From the NCBI GenBank assembly GCA_021806925.1, contig JAKAPS010000002.1, positions 1,751 to 65,750 on the forward strand: a stretch of 64,000 bases of DNA. Reading direction: 5' to 3'. The DNA comes from a bacterium (GTDB taxonomy: Bacteria > Patescibacteriota > Dojkabacteria > JAKAPS01). Below, piece by piece: positions 30,466 through 41,673 of this stretch. Position 1 is the stretch's first letter. Every line of letters starts with the position of its first letter. A program made the translations under genes and the position numbers. The notes beneath the pieces were generated by a model that was given only the letters and a program-made list of their open reading frames with translations, was not told the DNA's origin and did no database searches.

Positions 30466-32943
30466 ATGAGTGAGATTGGAACAACTCCATCAATGCAGCA
30501 ATATGTCTCTATTAAAAAGGAATACCCTGATTGTTTACTTTTCTTCAGAATGGGTGACTTCTATGAAACATTTGGTGAAGACGCAGAAAAGGTATCAAAA
30601 TTATTGGATATTGTTTTAACTTCAAGAAGTAAGACGGAAGAGAAACTTCCAATGGCTGGAATACCATATCACAGTATAAACTCTTATTTACCCAAGCTTA
30701 TAAACAAAGGATATAGGGTTGTAATATGTGAACAAGGTGAGAAAAACAGCAAAACTAAGATAATGAACAGGTATGTTACAAGAGTTGTAACTCCATCAAT
30801 GTGGGTAGATTCTGACATTGGAGTTTCAGGTAAAAACTCAAGATACTTGTTAAGTATATACATTGAGGGAAATACAATAGGACTATCATATGTTGATATA
30901 AATGAGTTAGTTTTCTATATTAAATCAGATACAGTAGTTGAAAATATTGTAAGCTATATAAATAGAATTAATCCAAAAGAAATATTGCTCAGTGATGACA
31001 TGAAGTTTATAAAAACGGAGAATAAGACCAATAGCTTTCTAGCAGAAATCAAAGAAAAATTTAATGTAACATATGTATCTGATACTACATATTCATCTGA
31101 AAAATTATTGTCTCTTATGAATGTAACATCATTCAAAGGTTTCTTACTTGAAAAAGAAATAAAGAATAATTTAAAAAGCCTAAAAGCATTAGCATCTATA
31201 TATATGTACATTCTTGAAACTCAGAAAGTTAATTTTCAAGTAAAGAAGATTAAGGAGGTTAATGAATCTGGAAGAATGTTACTTGATTTTGACGTTTTAA
31301 CATCACTTGATATATTTAACTCTGGAGAAAAGAATCTGTTTAATTTTATAGACTATACATCTACTCCGCTAGGATACAGATTGCTAAAAAATGAATTATC
31401 AAGTCCACTTACAGATGTAAACGAAATTTTGCACAGACATGAGTATATAAAGAAATTGGAGTCAATTGATATATCATCATTGATGGAGATATTATCAAAA
31501 ATATCCGATCTTGAAAAGCTAGCTACAAAAGTTGAATTTATAGCCATACAGGCACAGGACTTCACAAGTATTGAATCATCACTTGTTGCTGTAATTGATG
31601 TTATTAGTATGTTGAATGAAAATAATATAAGTATAAATATTGATTTACAAAAGTGTAGCAGTATTTTGAAAACAATCCGTGAGAATGTTAATACAGGAGA
31701 TAAATACAGCAGTGAGAATATAATTGCGAAGGGAGTAAATACTGAATTAGATGATTTAAAGGAATTACTTGGTAGGGGTAATAAATGGATAAAAACGTTC
31801 CTAGAAAATGAAATACAGAGGACAAAGATTAATAATTTGAAGATTGGGTATAACAAAATATTTGGTTATTTCATTGAGGTTAGCAACAGTAATAAAGACA
31901 AAGTGCCTGATAATTACATTCGTAAACAGACAACAGTTAATGGTGAAAGGTATATAACTACTGATTTAAAAGAAAAAGAAGAGAGTATAAATAATGCACT
32001 TGAGAAAATTACATTGATTGAAAAACAGCTATATGATAAGTTTGTAAAAGAGTTTAATGAATATGTTGATTTTATTAGGAATGTATCAAAGGAGATTGCA
32101 TATATAGATATGCTTGTTTCTTTTGCATATACTAAGGGGTTATACAATCTTGCTATTCCTAATATTCTTGAAAGGGAATTAGATATCAATCCTGAAAATA
32201 TAAGTGATTCAAATAAGAAGAATAAATCCATAAACAGCATTATAAGAATTGATGAAGGAAGGCACTTACTAATTGAAGATTCACTCGGCAGAAAATATAT
32301 TAAGAATGATTTCTCTTTTACATCTCCAAATATATATATAATTACAGGGCCTAACATGGCAGGCAAAAGTACAATATTAAGAACTGTTGCAACAATAATT
32401 CTTTTGGCTCAAATAGGTTCGGCCGTTCCTGCAAAAAATGCAGAGTTAACAATATTCGATAGGATATTTTCAAGAGTTGGAGCAAAAGACAGAATTTCTT
32501 CAGGTGAATCTACTTTTATGGTTGAAATGAATGAAGTTTCAAACATACTAAGGAATGCAACCGAAAGAAGTTTTATAATTTTAGATGAAGTTGGTAGAGG
32601 AACTAGCACATATGATGGTATTGCAATTGCAAAGGCAATTATTGAATATATATTCGATAATATAAAGGCGATTACACTATTTGCTACTCATTACCATGAA
32701 CTAACAAAGCTTGAATATTTTAGAAGTGAGTTTGTAAATATGTCTGTTGAAGTAGATGAAAAAAACGGAGAGGTTGAATTCATGTATAAACTTAGGAATG
32801 GTTCAGCTGATAAAAGTTATGGAATATATGTGGCAAAGATTGCCGGAATTCCTAATGAGGTTATTATTAATGCGACTAAGTACTTAAAATCCTTTGAGAA
32901 AAAGTCAAGGAACAATGTGAATATTTTTGAAGAAGATGATTAA
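30466..32943 (+). CDS. mutS: DNA mismatch repair protein MutS
   Basis: TP.MQQY, FRMGDFYE, GPNMAGKST, STFMVEM, DEVGRGTS, FATHYHEL. Confidence 0.97.
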   Translation: MSEIGTTPSMQQYVSIKKEYPDCLLFFRMGDFYETFGEDAEKVSKLLDIVLTSRSKTEEKLPMAGIPYHSINSYLPKLINKGYRVVICEQGEKNSKTKIMNRYVTRVVTPSMWVDSDIGVSGKNSRYLLSIYIEGNTIGLSYVDINELVFYIKSDTVVENIVSYINRINPKEILLSDDMKFIKTENKTNSFLAEIKEKFNVTYVSDTTYSSEKLLSLMNVTSFKGFLLEKEIKNNLKSLKALASIYMYILETQKVNFQVKKIKEVNESGRMLLDFDVLTSLDIFNSGEKNLFNFIDYTSTPLGYRLLKNELSSPLTDVNEILHRHEYIKKLESIDISSLMEILSKISDLEKLATKVEFIAIQAQDFTSIESSLVAVIDVISMLNENNISINIDLQKCSSILKTIRENVNTGDKYSSENIIAKGVNTELDDLKELLGRGNKWIKTFLENEIQRTKINNLKIGYNKIFGYFIEVSNSNKDKVPDNYIRKQTTVNGERYITTDLKEKEESINNALEKITLIEKQLYDKFVKEFNEYVDFIRNVSKEIAYIDMLVSFAYTKGLYNLAIPNILERELDINPENISDSNKKNKSINSIIRIDEGRHLLIEDSLGRKYIKNDFSFTSPNIYIITGPNMAGKSTILRTVATIILLAQIGSAVPAKNAELTIFDRIFSRVGAKDRISSGESTFMVEMNEVSNILRNATERSFIILDEVGRGTSTYDGIAIAKAIIEYIFDNIKAITLFATHYHELTKLEYFRSEFVNMSVEVDEKNGEVEFMYKLRNGSADKSYGIYVAKIAGIPNEVIINATKYLKSFEKKSRNNVNIFEEDD

Positions 32944-34753
32944 TATCCTTAATGATGATGTAAAATCTAAAATCAGTGCTGGTGAGGTTGTTGAAGACAC
33001 ATCATCAGTTGTAAAGGAATTACTTGAAAATAGTATCGATAGTAATCCTACTAGAATTGATATTGAGTTAATAAATTCTGGCCTTGATGAGATAAAAATT
33101 GAAGATAATGGATGTGGTATTTTATTCGAAGATAAGGATAAACTATTTGTAAAACATGCGACAAGTAAAATATCCCACTTTGAGGATATATACAATTTGT
33201 GTACATATGGATTCAGAGGAGAAGCCTTATATTCAATATCAGGAGTCAGTGATGTTACAATAAATTCTAAAGCACATAATTCCAAAGGATTTTTATTAAA
33301 TTCAAGTGGAAGTAAAATAACTGACAATATTTCAATTGGAACCAGTGTAACTGTAAATAATCTATTTTCCAATGTACCAGTTAGACGAAAATTTATGAAA
33401 TCAACTGATGGTATGAATTCTATCTTATCAAGAATAATAAAAGCTGAAGCAATTATTAATCCTCAAATATCCTTCAATTATATATTAAATGGTAGACAAA
33501 TATTAAAATTACCAATTCAAAGTCAGAGTGAACGGATTATATCAATCACTCAACTGAAAAATTTTAGAGAGATATATAAAGATAAGAATATGACTATTTC
33601 AGGAAGCTTTACTATTCCTAGTATTGATAGAAATGGATTAAGATCAAAGGCATCATATATATTTGTAAACAGGAGGCTGGTGGAAAATAGGATTATCAAA
33701 AAGGCAATTGATGAAGCGTATAAGTTTATGTCACCTGTAAATTACAAAAATACAAATATTTCATATGTATTGTTCTTAAATGTTAATCCTGCGTATGTTG
33801 ATGTTAATTCACATCCGAGGAAGCTTGAAGTAAGATTTTCAGATTCAAAATCTATATTTAATAATATATATGCTTCCGTTAGAAACTATATTTCACAGAA
33901 TTCTAAAGATAGTTTTAAAGAAATAGTTAGAACTAATGATTCAAAATATGGTTCTAATAATATTGACAATATTGTTAATGAATTAAAGAGTGAAGTTAAC
34001 AAATCGAAAGAATTTGAGCCAAACATATTGGATAATATTGAGGAAATATATAAATCTAAAAATGCTGATATAAATAGATCAAAGATTAGTGATACTACAT
34101 ATTTTTCAATTGGTGATACAGAAAATCTTGATGTTTTTCATTTTAATGATGGGATTAGTGATTACAGGATAATAAATGAGGAAGAGAATGATAACGTAAA
34201 TAAAAGCAGCCAAGAAGAGATATTTGATACACCTGAATTTATTGAATATAACCCTGTTCAATTTAATAAAAAATTTATTGTGTATTTCTTTACCTCCGAA
34301 TTTGTATTTATAGATCAGCATGCTGCCAGTGAAAGAATAAATTATGAAAGAATAACAAAACTGAATAAGGAGATTAAAAGGATTCAATTATTAATTCCAT
34401 ATAGGCTTCCTGATGAAATTGATGATGATACTATAAACACATTTGAGTATATTGGGTTTGTTATAAAGAATCGCAATATAATTGAGGTTCCATTTTTCAT
34501 AAAAATAGATAAAGTTAGTGAAATTATATTGAGTGTACTTGAAGAAAATACCGTAAAGGTAAAAGAAAAATTTTTTGCAACTTTAGCATGTAAATCTGCT
34601 ATTAAATTTGGAGATACTCTAAGTAAAGATGAAATGAATCAAATCCTTCATGATTTAAGCAAATGTGATTTTCCTAATATTTGTGCACATGGAAGACCTC
34701 TTGTTTACAGATTATCAGAGAAAACTATTTTAAAGAATTTTTCAAGATGTTGA
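32927..34753 (+). CDS. mutL: DNA mismatch repair endonuclease MutL
   Basis: AGEVVE, KEL.ENS.D, HATSK, GFRGEAL, DVN.HP.K.EV, DQHAASER, ACK, CAHGRP. Confidence 0.96.
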   Translation: MKKMINILNDDVKSKISAGEVVEDTSSVVKELLENSIDSNPTRIDIELINSGLDEIKIEDNGCGILFEDKDKLFVKHATSKISHFEDIYNLCTYGFRGEALYSISGVSDVTINSKAHNSKGFLLNSSGSKITDNISIGTSVTVNNLFSNVPVRRKFMKSTDGMNSILSRIIKAEAIINPQISFNYILNGRQILKLPIQSQSERIISITQLKNFREIYKDKNMTISGSFTIPSIDRNGLRSKASYIFVNRRLVENRIIKKAIDEAYKFMSPVNYKNTNISYVLFLNVNPAYVDVNSHPRKLEVRFSDSKSIFNNIYASVRNYISQNSKDSFKEIVRTNDSKYGSNNIDNIVNELKSEVNKSKEFEPNILDNIEEIYKSKNADINRSKISDTTYFSIGDTENLDVFHFNDGISDYRIINEEENDNVNKSSQEEIFDTPEFIEYNPVQFNKKFIVYFFTSEFVFIDQHAASERINYERITKLNKEIKRIQLLIPYRLPDEIDDDTINTFEYIGFVIKNRNIIEVPFFIKIDKVSEIILSVLEENTVKVKEKFFATLACKSAIKFGDTLSKDEMNQILHDLSKCDFPNICAHGRPLVYRLSEKTILKNFSRC

Positions 34754-34796
34754 CAAAGTGTAAAAGTATAATTTAATATAATCTAAGTATTATATT

Positions 34797-35783
34797 ATGA
34801 ATAGAATTTTAAAGTCCCTATTGTTTGCTTTTATGTTTGTTTTTAGTATTCTGTTTTTTGGAGTATCGAATGTAGCATTTGCTACAACTGCAACGTTAAG
34901 TAATTTAAGTGATACTCTTTCAACTCAAGCAGCTGGAGGATCAAGTACACATACAATTAAATTTACAGTACATAGTGCAAGTGCAATTACTGCCATATCA
35001 ATAACTGCAAGTTCAGCATGGGGTTCTACTCCAGCAACAACTGGATACACTGTTAAAGATGGTAGCACAGTTGAAACAGTTTCATCTGTTACATCATCAA
35101 CAACATTAATTACAATTAACTCAAGCTTTACACCTGCTATTGGAGATGTAATTACAATAGTAACTCCTGCATTTACAAACCAAAATCCAGGTGTTTCAAC
35201 TGATTATTCTGAGACAATAGATGATGGAAATGAGACTGGAGTATTAGGTGTTTTAATAATATACAATAATGCTAACCAGGTAAGTCTAACTGCATCTGTA
35301 GGTCCTTCAATATCATTCAGTGTATCACCTTCTAGTTTGACTCTTCCTTCTGGTGCTGGTACTTTCCTTGCAAATTCAACAACAACTAATGTCTCAAATA
35401 ATTTGACTCTTTCTATTTCAACAAATGCTTCAAATGGGGCTGTAGTTGATGTCTCTGATCAGTCATCAGGGTTATATAATTCAGTTGCAAATCATACTAT
35501 TGCATCTGTTACTTGTGGTTCCTCACCTACTGCTCTTAATACCTCAACTGAAAATTATGGTGTTGGAGATGATGCTGGTACAACGGGCATATATTCTGGT
35601 TATGCAACTGCTGCAGTATCTTCCGTAGGTTGTTTATCTACAACCCCACAACTATTCTGGACTGTATCAGCTCCTACAAATACAATAACTTCTGCAGTAT
35701 ATTTTAACGCATTATCTGTAGGTACAACTCCAGCGGGTAGTTATACTGATACTGTAACTTTTACAGCAACTGGTCAGTTCTGA
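34797..35783 (+). CDS. Secreted Ser/Thr-rich two-domain beta protein with WxL/Csu-pilin-like C-terminal domain
   Basis: Signal peptide (AFA/T); V.LTASVGPSISFSV, ISTNASNG and terminal PAGSYTDTVTFTATGQF. Confidence 0.65.
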   Translation: MNRILKSLLFAFMFVFSILFFGVSNVAFATTATLSNLSDTLSTQAAGGSSTHTIKFTVHSASAITAISITASSAWGSTPATTGYTVKDGSTVETVSSVTSSTTLITINSSFTPAIGDVITIVTPAFTNQNPGVSTDYSETIDDGNETGVLGVLIIYNNANQVSLTASVGPSISFSVSPSSLTLPSGAGTFLANSTTTNVSNNLTLSISTNASNGAVVDVSDQSSGLYNSVANHTIASVTCGSSPTALNTSTENYGVGDDAGTTGIYSGYATAAVSSVGCLSTTPQLFWTVSAPTNTITSAVYFNALSVGTTPAGSYTDTVTFTATGQF

Positions 35784-35833
35784 TACAGAAGAATTGTAAA
35801 AAAAATGGAGATTAATTATTTTATTTTCTTGTA

Positions 35834-36895
35834 ATGGATAATAGTAATTATTTACATTTTATCTTGAATAAAGTATTTATTCATAGTGTTAGAAGAATTA
35901 ATTTAAGATATTTATATTTTCTATCTTTAACATTTTTTTTCGTCACTATATTTTTCACTCAATTTTCTTTTAATAACATAATTCAAGGATTTAGTCTTGT
36001 ATATGCTCAAAATACTAAGAATCAGGGACTAACAGTTTCCCCTATTATATACAAGGATACTGTAGGAAATGGTGATAATGGTACTCTTGAATTTCATATA
36101 AGGAATAACAATAGTTATCAAATCTCTCTTAGTGTACTTTTTAATGACTTTAGGCCTCTAAATGATTCTGGTGTACCTCAATATTTTTCACAAGCTAATC
36201 CAAGTGATGAATATCCATCAAGTTGGTTTTCTGTTTTAAGTTCAAAATCATCTCTAAATATGCAACCTTACTCAAGTACTATTGTTGATGTAAGTGTTAA
36301 AGTACCGTCAAGTGCATATGTAGGAGATCATTATGCAGGTATAAATTTTTCGTATTTGAGTGAGGCTACATCAGGTATGAGTCAGATAAATATTAAGAGT
36401 GAAATTGCAGTTCCTGTGATTATTACTGTACCAGGTAAGTATGTATACAACACTGAGGTATTAGGTATAGATATTCCAAAAATAATGAACATTTTTTATG
36501 TTCCTGGTATACAAAGTACTTGTTTGAATTGCACAGGAAGTGTTGGTTTAAATATTCAGAATAATGGAAATGTATTTATTGAACCTAATGGTTTTTTTAC
36601 AGTTGGAAATAAAAATTACGAATTTAATCCTCAGCTTGAGGATATCCTAGTCTCACAAAGAAGAATTATAACTTCACAATTTAGTGTTTATGGTTTTAAT
36701 GGATTCTATACAGTTTTAACTGGTAGTTTCACTGCTGGAAATGTCGCTAAGAACGTAAAGGAGAACATTATAATTATAAACTGGTTATATGTACTTGTAT
36801 TCTTGTTTATATCGTTACTTATATATGAAATATTTAAAATATTTGCTTTTTTTGGGCGCGGTTCTATTAAGCGTATTAATAATAGGGTCAGATAA
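35834..36895 (+). CDS. DUF916-like (WxL-interacting-protein-like) membrane-anchored protein
   Basis: GLTVSP, I.N, SW, P.S...V.V...VP..A..G.HYA.I.F, second Ig domain with N.GNV, C-terminal TM helix and basic tail; start codon uncertain. Confidence 0.7.
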   Translation: MDNSNYLHFILNKVFIHSVRRINLRYLYFLSLTFFFVTIFFTQFSFNNIIQGFSLVYAQNTKNQGLTVSPIIYKDTVGNGDNGTLEFHIRNNNSYQISLSVLFNDFRPLNDSGVPQYFSQANPSDEYPSSWFSVLSSKSSLNMQPYSSTIVDVSVKVPSSAYVGDHYAGINFSYLSEATSGMSQINIKSEIAVPVIITVPGKYVYNTEVLGIDIPKIMNIFYVPGIQSTCLNCTGSVGLNIQNNGNVFIEPNGFFTVGNKNYEFNPQLEDILVSQRRIITSQFSVYGFNGFYTVLTGSFTAGNVAKNVKENIIIINWLYVLVFLFISLLIYEIFKIFAFFGRGSIKRINNRVR

Positions 36896-37694
36896 TAGAG
36901 CATATGCTGATACAGTTAATATATCATCTAATGTAAATCTATCAAATACTTATATTAACAATATTAGTAAATATTCTACATTGTCCGTTTCAAGCACTAA
37001 TGCTGTTATTAATTCTCCAATATTTATAACAGTTCATTTGTTTGATGGTAGTATTTCATATCCAAATGCTCCAATAAATGTATTAATTAGTCCTCCTAAT
37101 AGTAATTTAATAACATTAACTGGAGAAACAGATAGTAGTGGTTATTTAATTCTAAATTTTAAACCATTTCTAGTAGGTTCATATACAATTAGTGCTGAAG
37201 ATATGGGTTACTATATCCAGTACAATAAGATTATTTTGTTGAATTCAAAACCTACACTGAATGTATATAAGTCAAATTATGCTGAAGTTTTTCAAAACAC
37301 ATTTTCTGTTACTATTTCACCAACTATAATACCGACTCAAACACCAACTATATCTGAACAATATGTGAAGAATGTAAATAATACAAAAGGAAAAACAAAC
37401 TCAGTTAAAAATAATCCACTAAGCAATTTGTTTAATGTGTCTATTTTTGGATTTAGTCAATGTACAAATCCGAGTTCATATATTCTTATTTCAATTCTAG
37501 TATTATACATATTAAATACTCTTTTTATTATTCTCTATAGAAATACAAATAGAGAGAAAACAATATTTTATATTACTCTTCTTGTAATATTTTCAGTTTT
37601 CTTTTATGAGATATGTATACCATATATGTTTGTGCTTATATTAAATATAATTCTAAACGTATTTATAACTGCTCTATTTATATTTAAGAAGTAA
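36825..37694 (+). CDS. Secreted Ig-like (Big_1-like) domain protein with C-terminal TM bundle
   Basis: Signal peptide MKYLKYLLFLG..AYA, VNISSNV, G.TDSSG......F.P...GSY.I.A, P/T-rich linker and three TM helices. Start moved from 36789 to 36825. Confidence 0.6.
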   Translation: MKYLKYLLFLGAVLLSVLIIGSDNRAYADTVNISSNVNLSNTYINNISKYSTLSVSSTNAVINSPIFITVHLFDGSISYPNAPINVLISPPNSNLITLTGETDSSGYLILNFKPFLVGSYTISAEDMGYYIQYNKIILLNSKPTLNVYKSNYAEVFQNTFSVTISPTIIPTQTPTISEQYVKNVNNTKGKTNSVKNNPLSNLFNVSIFGFSQCTNPSSYILISILVLYILNTLFIILYRNTNREKTIFYITLLVIFSVFFYEICIPYMFVLILNIILNVFITALFIFKK

Positions 37695-37785
37695 AATGAA
37701 TAGTGAAAGTAATAGTAATAGTAGAAACAATAGGAAGAATATACAAAAATAGAATGAATTATAAAGAAAATAGTGAAATAATAAT

Positions 37786-38748
37786 ATGTTGCTATATAGA
37801 AAATTAATTTACATTGTTTTGACAGTTTTACTATTATCCGTATTCGTAAATAAATTCTATATTACGAAGGATTTTGCTTCAAGCGTATCACCAAGTGCGA
37901 ATATAGAATTGAAGCCATCTATTATATATATAAAAGGAACTGCAGGTGAGAAATTTAATGAAGATATTGAAATTATTAATAATTCAGCTACTTCTATAAA
38001 TACATCCCTTTCTCTGTCTGATTTTTCACCTGAAGGAAGCAACGGAAATGTTAAGATATATAATGGAACCAATGGTAGCGTATTTTCTATGCTAAATATT
38101 GTTAAATTAGCAGATAAAACTTTAATGATTCCTGCGAATTCATTCGTATATGAGACGCTAAATTTTACTATTCCAAATAATATACCAGAGGGAAGTTATT
38201 ATGGATTGTTTTTTGTATCCCCAAATGACAGTTTAAATTCTAATGGTTCAAAAGCAAGCTCTTCTCAAACAATCTTATATCGAATTGGCAGTGATATTAT
38301 TCTTACTGTGTCAAATTCCAGCTTTAGCAATAAAGCTAATATATCTCCAAATATACATATAGGCAATTTTAATTTTGATAACAATATTATTTTATCTGGA
38401 AGTGTAAGTAATAATTCTGTATATGCAACTTCATTTAGTACAAGCATAAATATAACGAATATATTGTTTAACAAAAATAAGAAAATAACCTACTCAAATA
38501 TTGATGTCCTTTCTAAAAGTAGTAGATACATTGATGGGGTCGATAAAAAGATATTACTTAGTGAACATGATGGAGTTTATAGAGTTAACGTTAAAATTAC
38601 TAATTTGATTCAGAATAAGACATATACATACCAAGCCTATGTAATAGTATTATCAGTATATACAACTATTTATGCTCTGCTATCTATTGTACTTTTATTA
38701 ATTGTAATATATTTCTTATCACATAGAAGAAGAAGGTATTACATTTAA
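37786..38748 (+). CDS. Second DUF916-like membrane-anchored protein
   Basis: Signal peptide, LKP.I......GE.....I.I.N, IPAN......F.IP...PEG.YYG..F, second Ig domain, TM helix then RRRR. Confidence 0.65.
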   Translation: MLLYRKLIYIVLTVLLLSVFVNKFYITKDFASSVSPSANIELKPSIIYIKGTAGEKFNEDIEIINNSATSINTSLSLSDFSPEGSNGNVKIYNGTNGSVFSMLNIVKLADKTLMIPANSFVYETLNFTIPNNIPEGSYYGLFFVSPNDSLNSNGSKASSSQTILYRIGSDIILTVSNSSFSNKANISPNIHIGNFNFDNNIILSGSVSNNSVYATSFSTSINITNILFNKNKKITYSNIDVLSKSSRYIDGVDKKILLSEHDGVYRVNVKITNLIQNKTYTYQAYVIVLSVYTTIYALLSIVLLLIVIYFLSHRRRRYYI

Positions 38749-38816
38749 TAATTATTTAAATTACGTAAGATACATAAACTAATATATTTTAAGTAATCAA
38801 TAATGTGATTTATATA

Positions 38817-41639
38817 CTACAAACTTATATATTCCGCAGTATACGAATTCTTTGCAGATTTGAGTCCTGCTAGGTCTCCTTGATAAATTAACTCCCCTCC
38901 CCCATCTCCTCCATTAGGGCCTAGATCAATGACATAATCTGCACTATTAATAACGTCTGTATTATGTTCAATTAGAACTACAGTATTTCCTTTATCAACA
39001 ATATCTTGAATTATATGCAACAGCTTTTCGATATCCGCAAAGTGTAATCCGGTTGTTGGCTCATCAAGAATATATAGTGTCTTCCCTGTTTGTATTTTTG
39101 AAAGTTCGTTTGAAAGCTTTACTCTTTGTGATTCACCACCAGACAAACTTAATGCACTCTGTCCTAATTTTATATATCCTAGGCCAACTTTACTTAAGGT
39201 ATTTAATTTCCTGTATACAAGCTGGTGATTCTTAAAGAATTCAAGTGCTTCATCAACAGTCATTTCTAGTACATCAAATATATTTTTATCTTTATATCTG
39301 ATTTCTAGTGCCTGTTCGTTATATCTCTTACCATTACATTTATCGCATTTAACATAAACATCTGGAAGGAATTGCATTTCTACTTTTATTTCACCATCAC
39401 CTTTACATGTTTCGCATCTTCCTCCTTTAACATTAAAACTGAACCTTGATGCAGTATATCCTCTAACCTTTGATTCAGGACTTTGTGCAAATATATCCCT
39501 TATTGCGTTGAACGCTCCTGTGTATGTTACAGGGTTTGATCTATGTGTTTTTCCAATTGCAGACTGATCAATCATTATTATCTTGTTTATATTATCAAGT
39601 CCTGATATATTACCTATTCCATCAATTTCAAAATCACTGTCATTAATTTCATTCGCTGCATATTTATATAGGATATCATCAATAAGTGTAGATTTTCCTG
39701 ACCCGCTTACTCCAGTAACAACTGTGAAGCAACCTATTGGTATCTTTACACTGATATGTTTCAGGTTATTCTTGTAAGCATCTTCGATAGAAATATATTT
39801 TTTGTGTATATTTCTTGACTCACCTCTAACAAATCTATTATTAATTTTTAAATATTTTCCAGTGATTGATTTATCGTCATTCAATATGGTTTCAAGGTTT
39901 CCTTCTGAAACAACATTTCCTCCAAAATCACCTGCTCCTGGCCCCATATCTATTATATAGTCACTTGATCTAATTGTTTCTTCATCATGTTCAACTACTA
40001 TCACACTATTATCTAGCTTTTTTAATTCTAATAAAGTGCTAAGCAGTTGCCTATTATCCTTCTGATGGAGTCCTATTGATGGTTCATCTAGTACATACAT
40101 TACTCCACTAAGACCAGTGCCAATTTGAGAAGCTAATCTTATTCTTTGTGCTTCACCTCCTGATAGTGTGTTTGCTTTTCTTGATAATGATAGGTAATCA
40201 AGTCCAACATTAACTAAGAATTTTAGTCTTGACTTTATCTCTTTTAAAATATTTGATGAAATTTGTTTTCTTATATCACTTAAAGAATCATCAGTTTCAT
40301 CGATAAATTTGTATAGAATTTTTATAGAGTAATTTGAAACAGTATCTATATTTTTATTTTGAATTTTTACAGAAAGTGCATTTTTATTTAGTCTTTTACC
40401 TCTACAACTTGGACATAATATCTCGCTAAAATATTGAGAATATTCATTTTGAACTGATTTACTATTATTGTATAGAGTCAATCTCTCTTTGATATATCCT
40501 TCAATACCTGTAAAATTTATACTATATTTTTTCTTAACTTTATCTTTATTTGTGTATGAAAATTCAAGCAGCTCATTTTCTTTTGTTCCGTACATTATTC
40601 GTTCAATATTCTCTTCACTAATTTTGCCTATTTTTTCATTTAATGTGAAGCCATACTTAACTCCAAGAGCCTTTAATTGTGAGAATATCCAATTGTTTGG
40701 ATTAATAATTTTGCTTATGGGGAATATTCCACCTTCAAGTATTGTCAAATTTCTATTAAAGACTTTTGATTGATTCAATCTCCTTATATTACCTAGTCCT
40801 GAGCATGTTTGACACGCTCCTACAGGAGAATTAAAGGAAAAGAGATTTGGTGTAACCTTTGGAAATGATGTTTTACAATTTTTACATGTGTATTTTTCAC
40901 TAAAATAGTAGTCCTTGTTTTCGTTATATTCATAAAGTATTATTTCCCCATCAGATACCTTTGATGCTGTCTCAAGTGAATCATACAATCTAGTTTTTAT
41001 ATCATCATCTACATTATCATCTAATTGTATTCTATCTATAACAACTTCAATATTATGTTTCTTTGATTTTTCAATATCAATATGAGTATCAAGATCATAG
41101 AATATTTTATCAATTCTAATCTTTGTAAATCCTTTCTCTTTCAATTCATTCAATTCTTTTGAGTATTCCCCTATTCTTGATATTGGGGCTAGAATTGCAA
41201 ATTTCCTAATATTTGAGTCAATTATAATCTCACTTATTGTTGAAATTGTTTGGCTCTCAACTATACTATCGCATTTAGTGCAATGAACATCACCAACTTT
41301 AGTGTAAAGTAATCTTAGGTAATCGTAAATTTCTGTTATTGTACCTACTGTTGATCTTGGATTGTGTGAACTTGTTTTTTGGTCAATTGATATGGCTGGT
41401 GATAATCCTTCAATTGAGTCAACATCAGGTTTATCCATCATTCCAAGAAATTGACGTGCATAAGAACTAAGTGATTCAACATATCTTCTTTGTCCTTCTG
41501 CATACAATGTATCAAATGCTAGTGATGATTTTCCAGATCCACTTACTCCTGTAATAACTACAATACTATTCTTTGGAATATCCAAGTTTACATTCTTAAG
41601 GTTATTTACTCTTGCTCCTCTTAACTTGATATAGTCCAT
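38817..41639 (-). CDS. uvrA: Excinuclease ABC subunit A
   Basis: GAR.NNLKN, two GVSGSGKS Walker A motifs, [18 protein letters not shown], zinc fingers. Confidence 0.98.
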   Translation of the reverse strand: MDYIKLRGARVNNLKNVNLDIPKNSIVVITGVSGSGKSSLAFDTLYAEGQRRYVESLSSYARQFLGMMDKPDVDSIEGLSPAISIDQKTSSHNPRSTVGTITEIYDYLRLLYTKVGDVHCTKCDSIVESQTISTISEIIIDSNIRKFAILAPISRIGEYSKELNELKEKGFTKIRIDKIFYDLDTHIDIEKSKKHNIEVVIDRIQLDDNVDDDIKTRLYDSLETASKVSDGEIILYEYNENKDYYFSEKYTCKNCKTSFPKVTPNLFSFNSPVGACQTCSGLGNIRRLNQSKVFNRNLTILEGGIFPISKIINPNNWIFSQLKALGVKYGFTLNEKIGKISEENIERIMYGTKENELLEFSYTNKDKVKKKYSINFTGIEGYIKERLTLYNNSKSVQNEYSQYFSEILCPSCRGKRLNKNALSVKIQNKNIDTVSNYSIKILYKFIDETDDSLSDIRKQISSNILKEIKSRLKFLVNVGLDYLSLSRKANTLSGGEAQRIRLASQIGTGLSGVMYVLDEPSIGLHQKDNRQLLSTLLELKKLDNSVIVVEHDEETIRSSDYIIDMGPGAGDFGGNVVSEGNLETILNDDKSITGKYLKINNRFVRGESRNIHKKYISIEDAYKNNLKHISVKIPIGCFTVVTGVSGSGKSTLIDDILYKYAANEINDSDFEIDGIGNISGLDNINKIIMIDQSAIGKTHRSNPVTYTGAFNAIRDIFAQSPESKVRGYTASRFSFNVKGGRCETCKGDGEIKVEMQFLPDVYVKCDKCNGKRYNEQALEIRYKDKNIFDVLEMTVDEALEFFKNHQLVYRKLNTLSKVGLGYIKLGQSALSLSGGESQRVKLSNELSKIQTGKTLYILDEPTTGLHFADIEKLLHIIQDIVDKGNTVVLIEHNTDVINSADYVIDLGPNGGDGGGELIYQGDLAGLKSAKNSYTAEYISL

Positions 41640-41673
41640 TAATTGATATTTTAGATTATACCACTAAAACATT

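Noticed and set aside
37695-37785. AATAGT low-complexity repeats between the surface-cluster genes
   Set aside because: Short, irregular and AT-rich, with no spacer structure.
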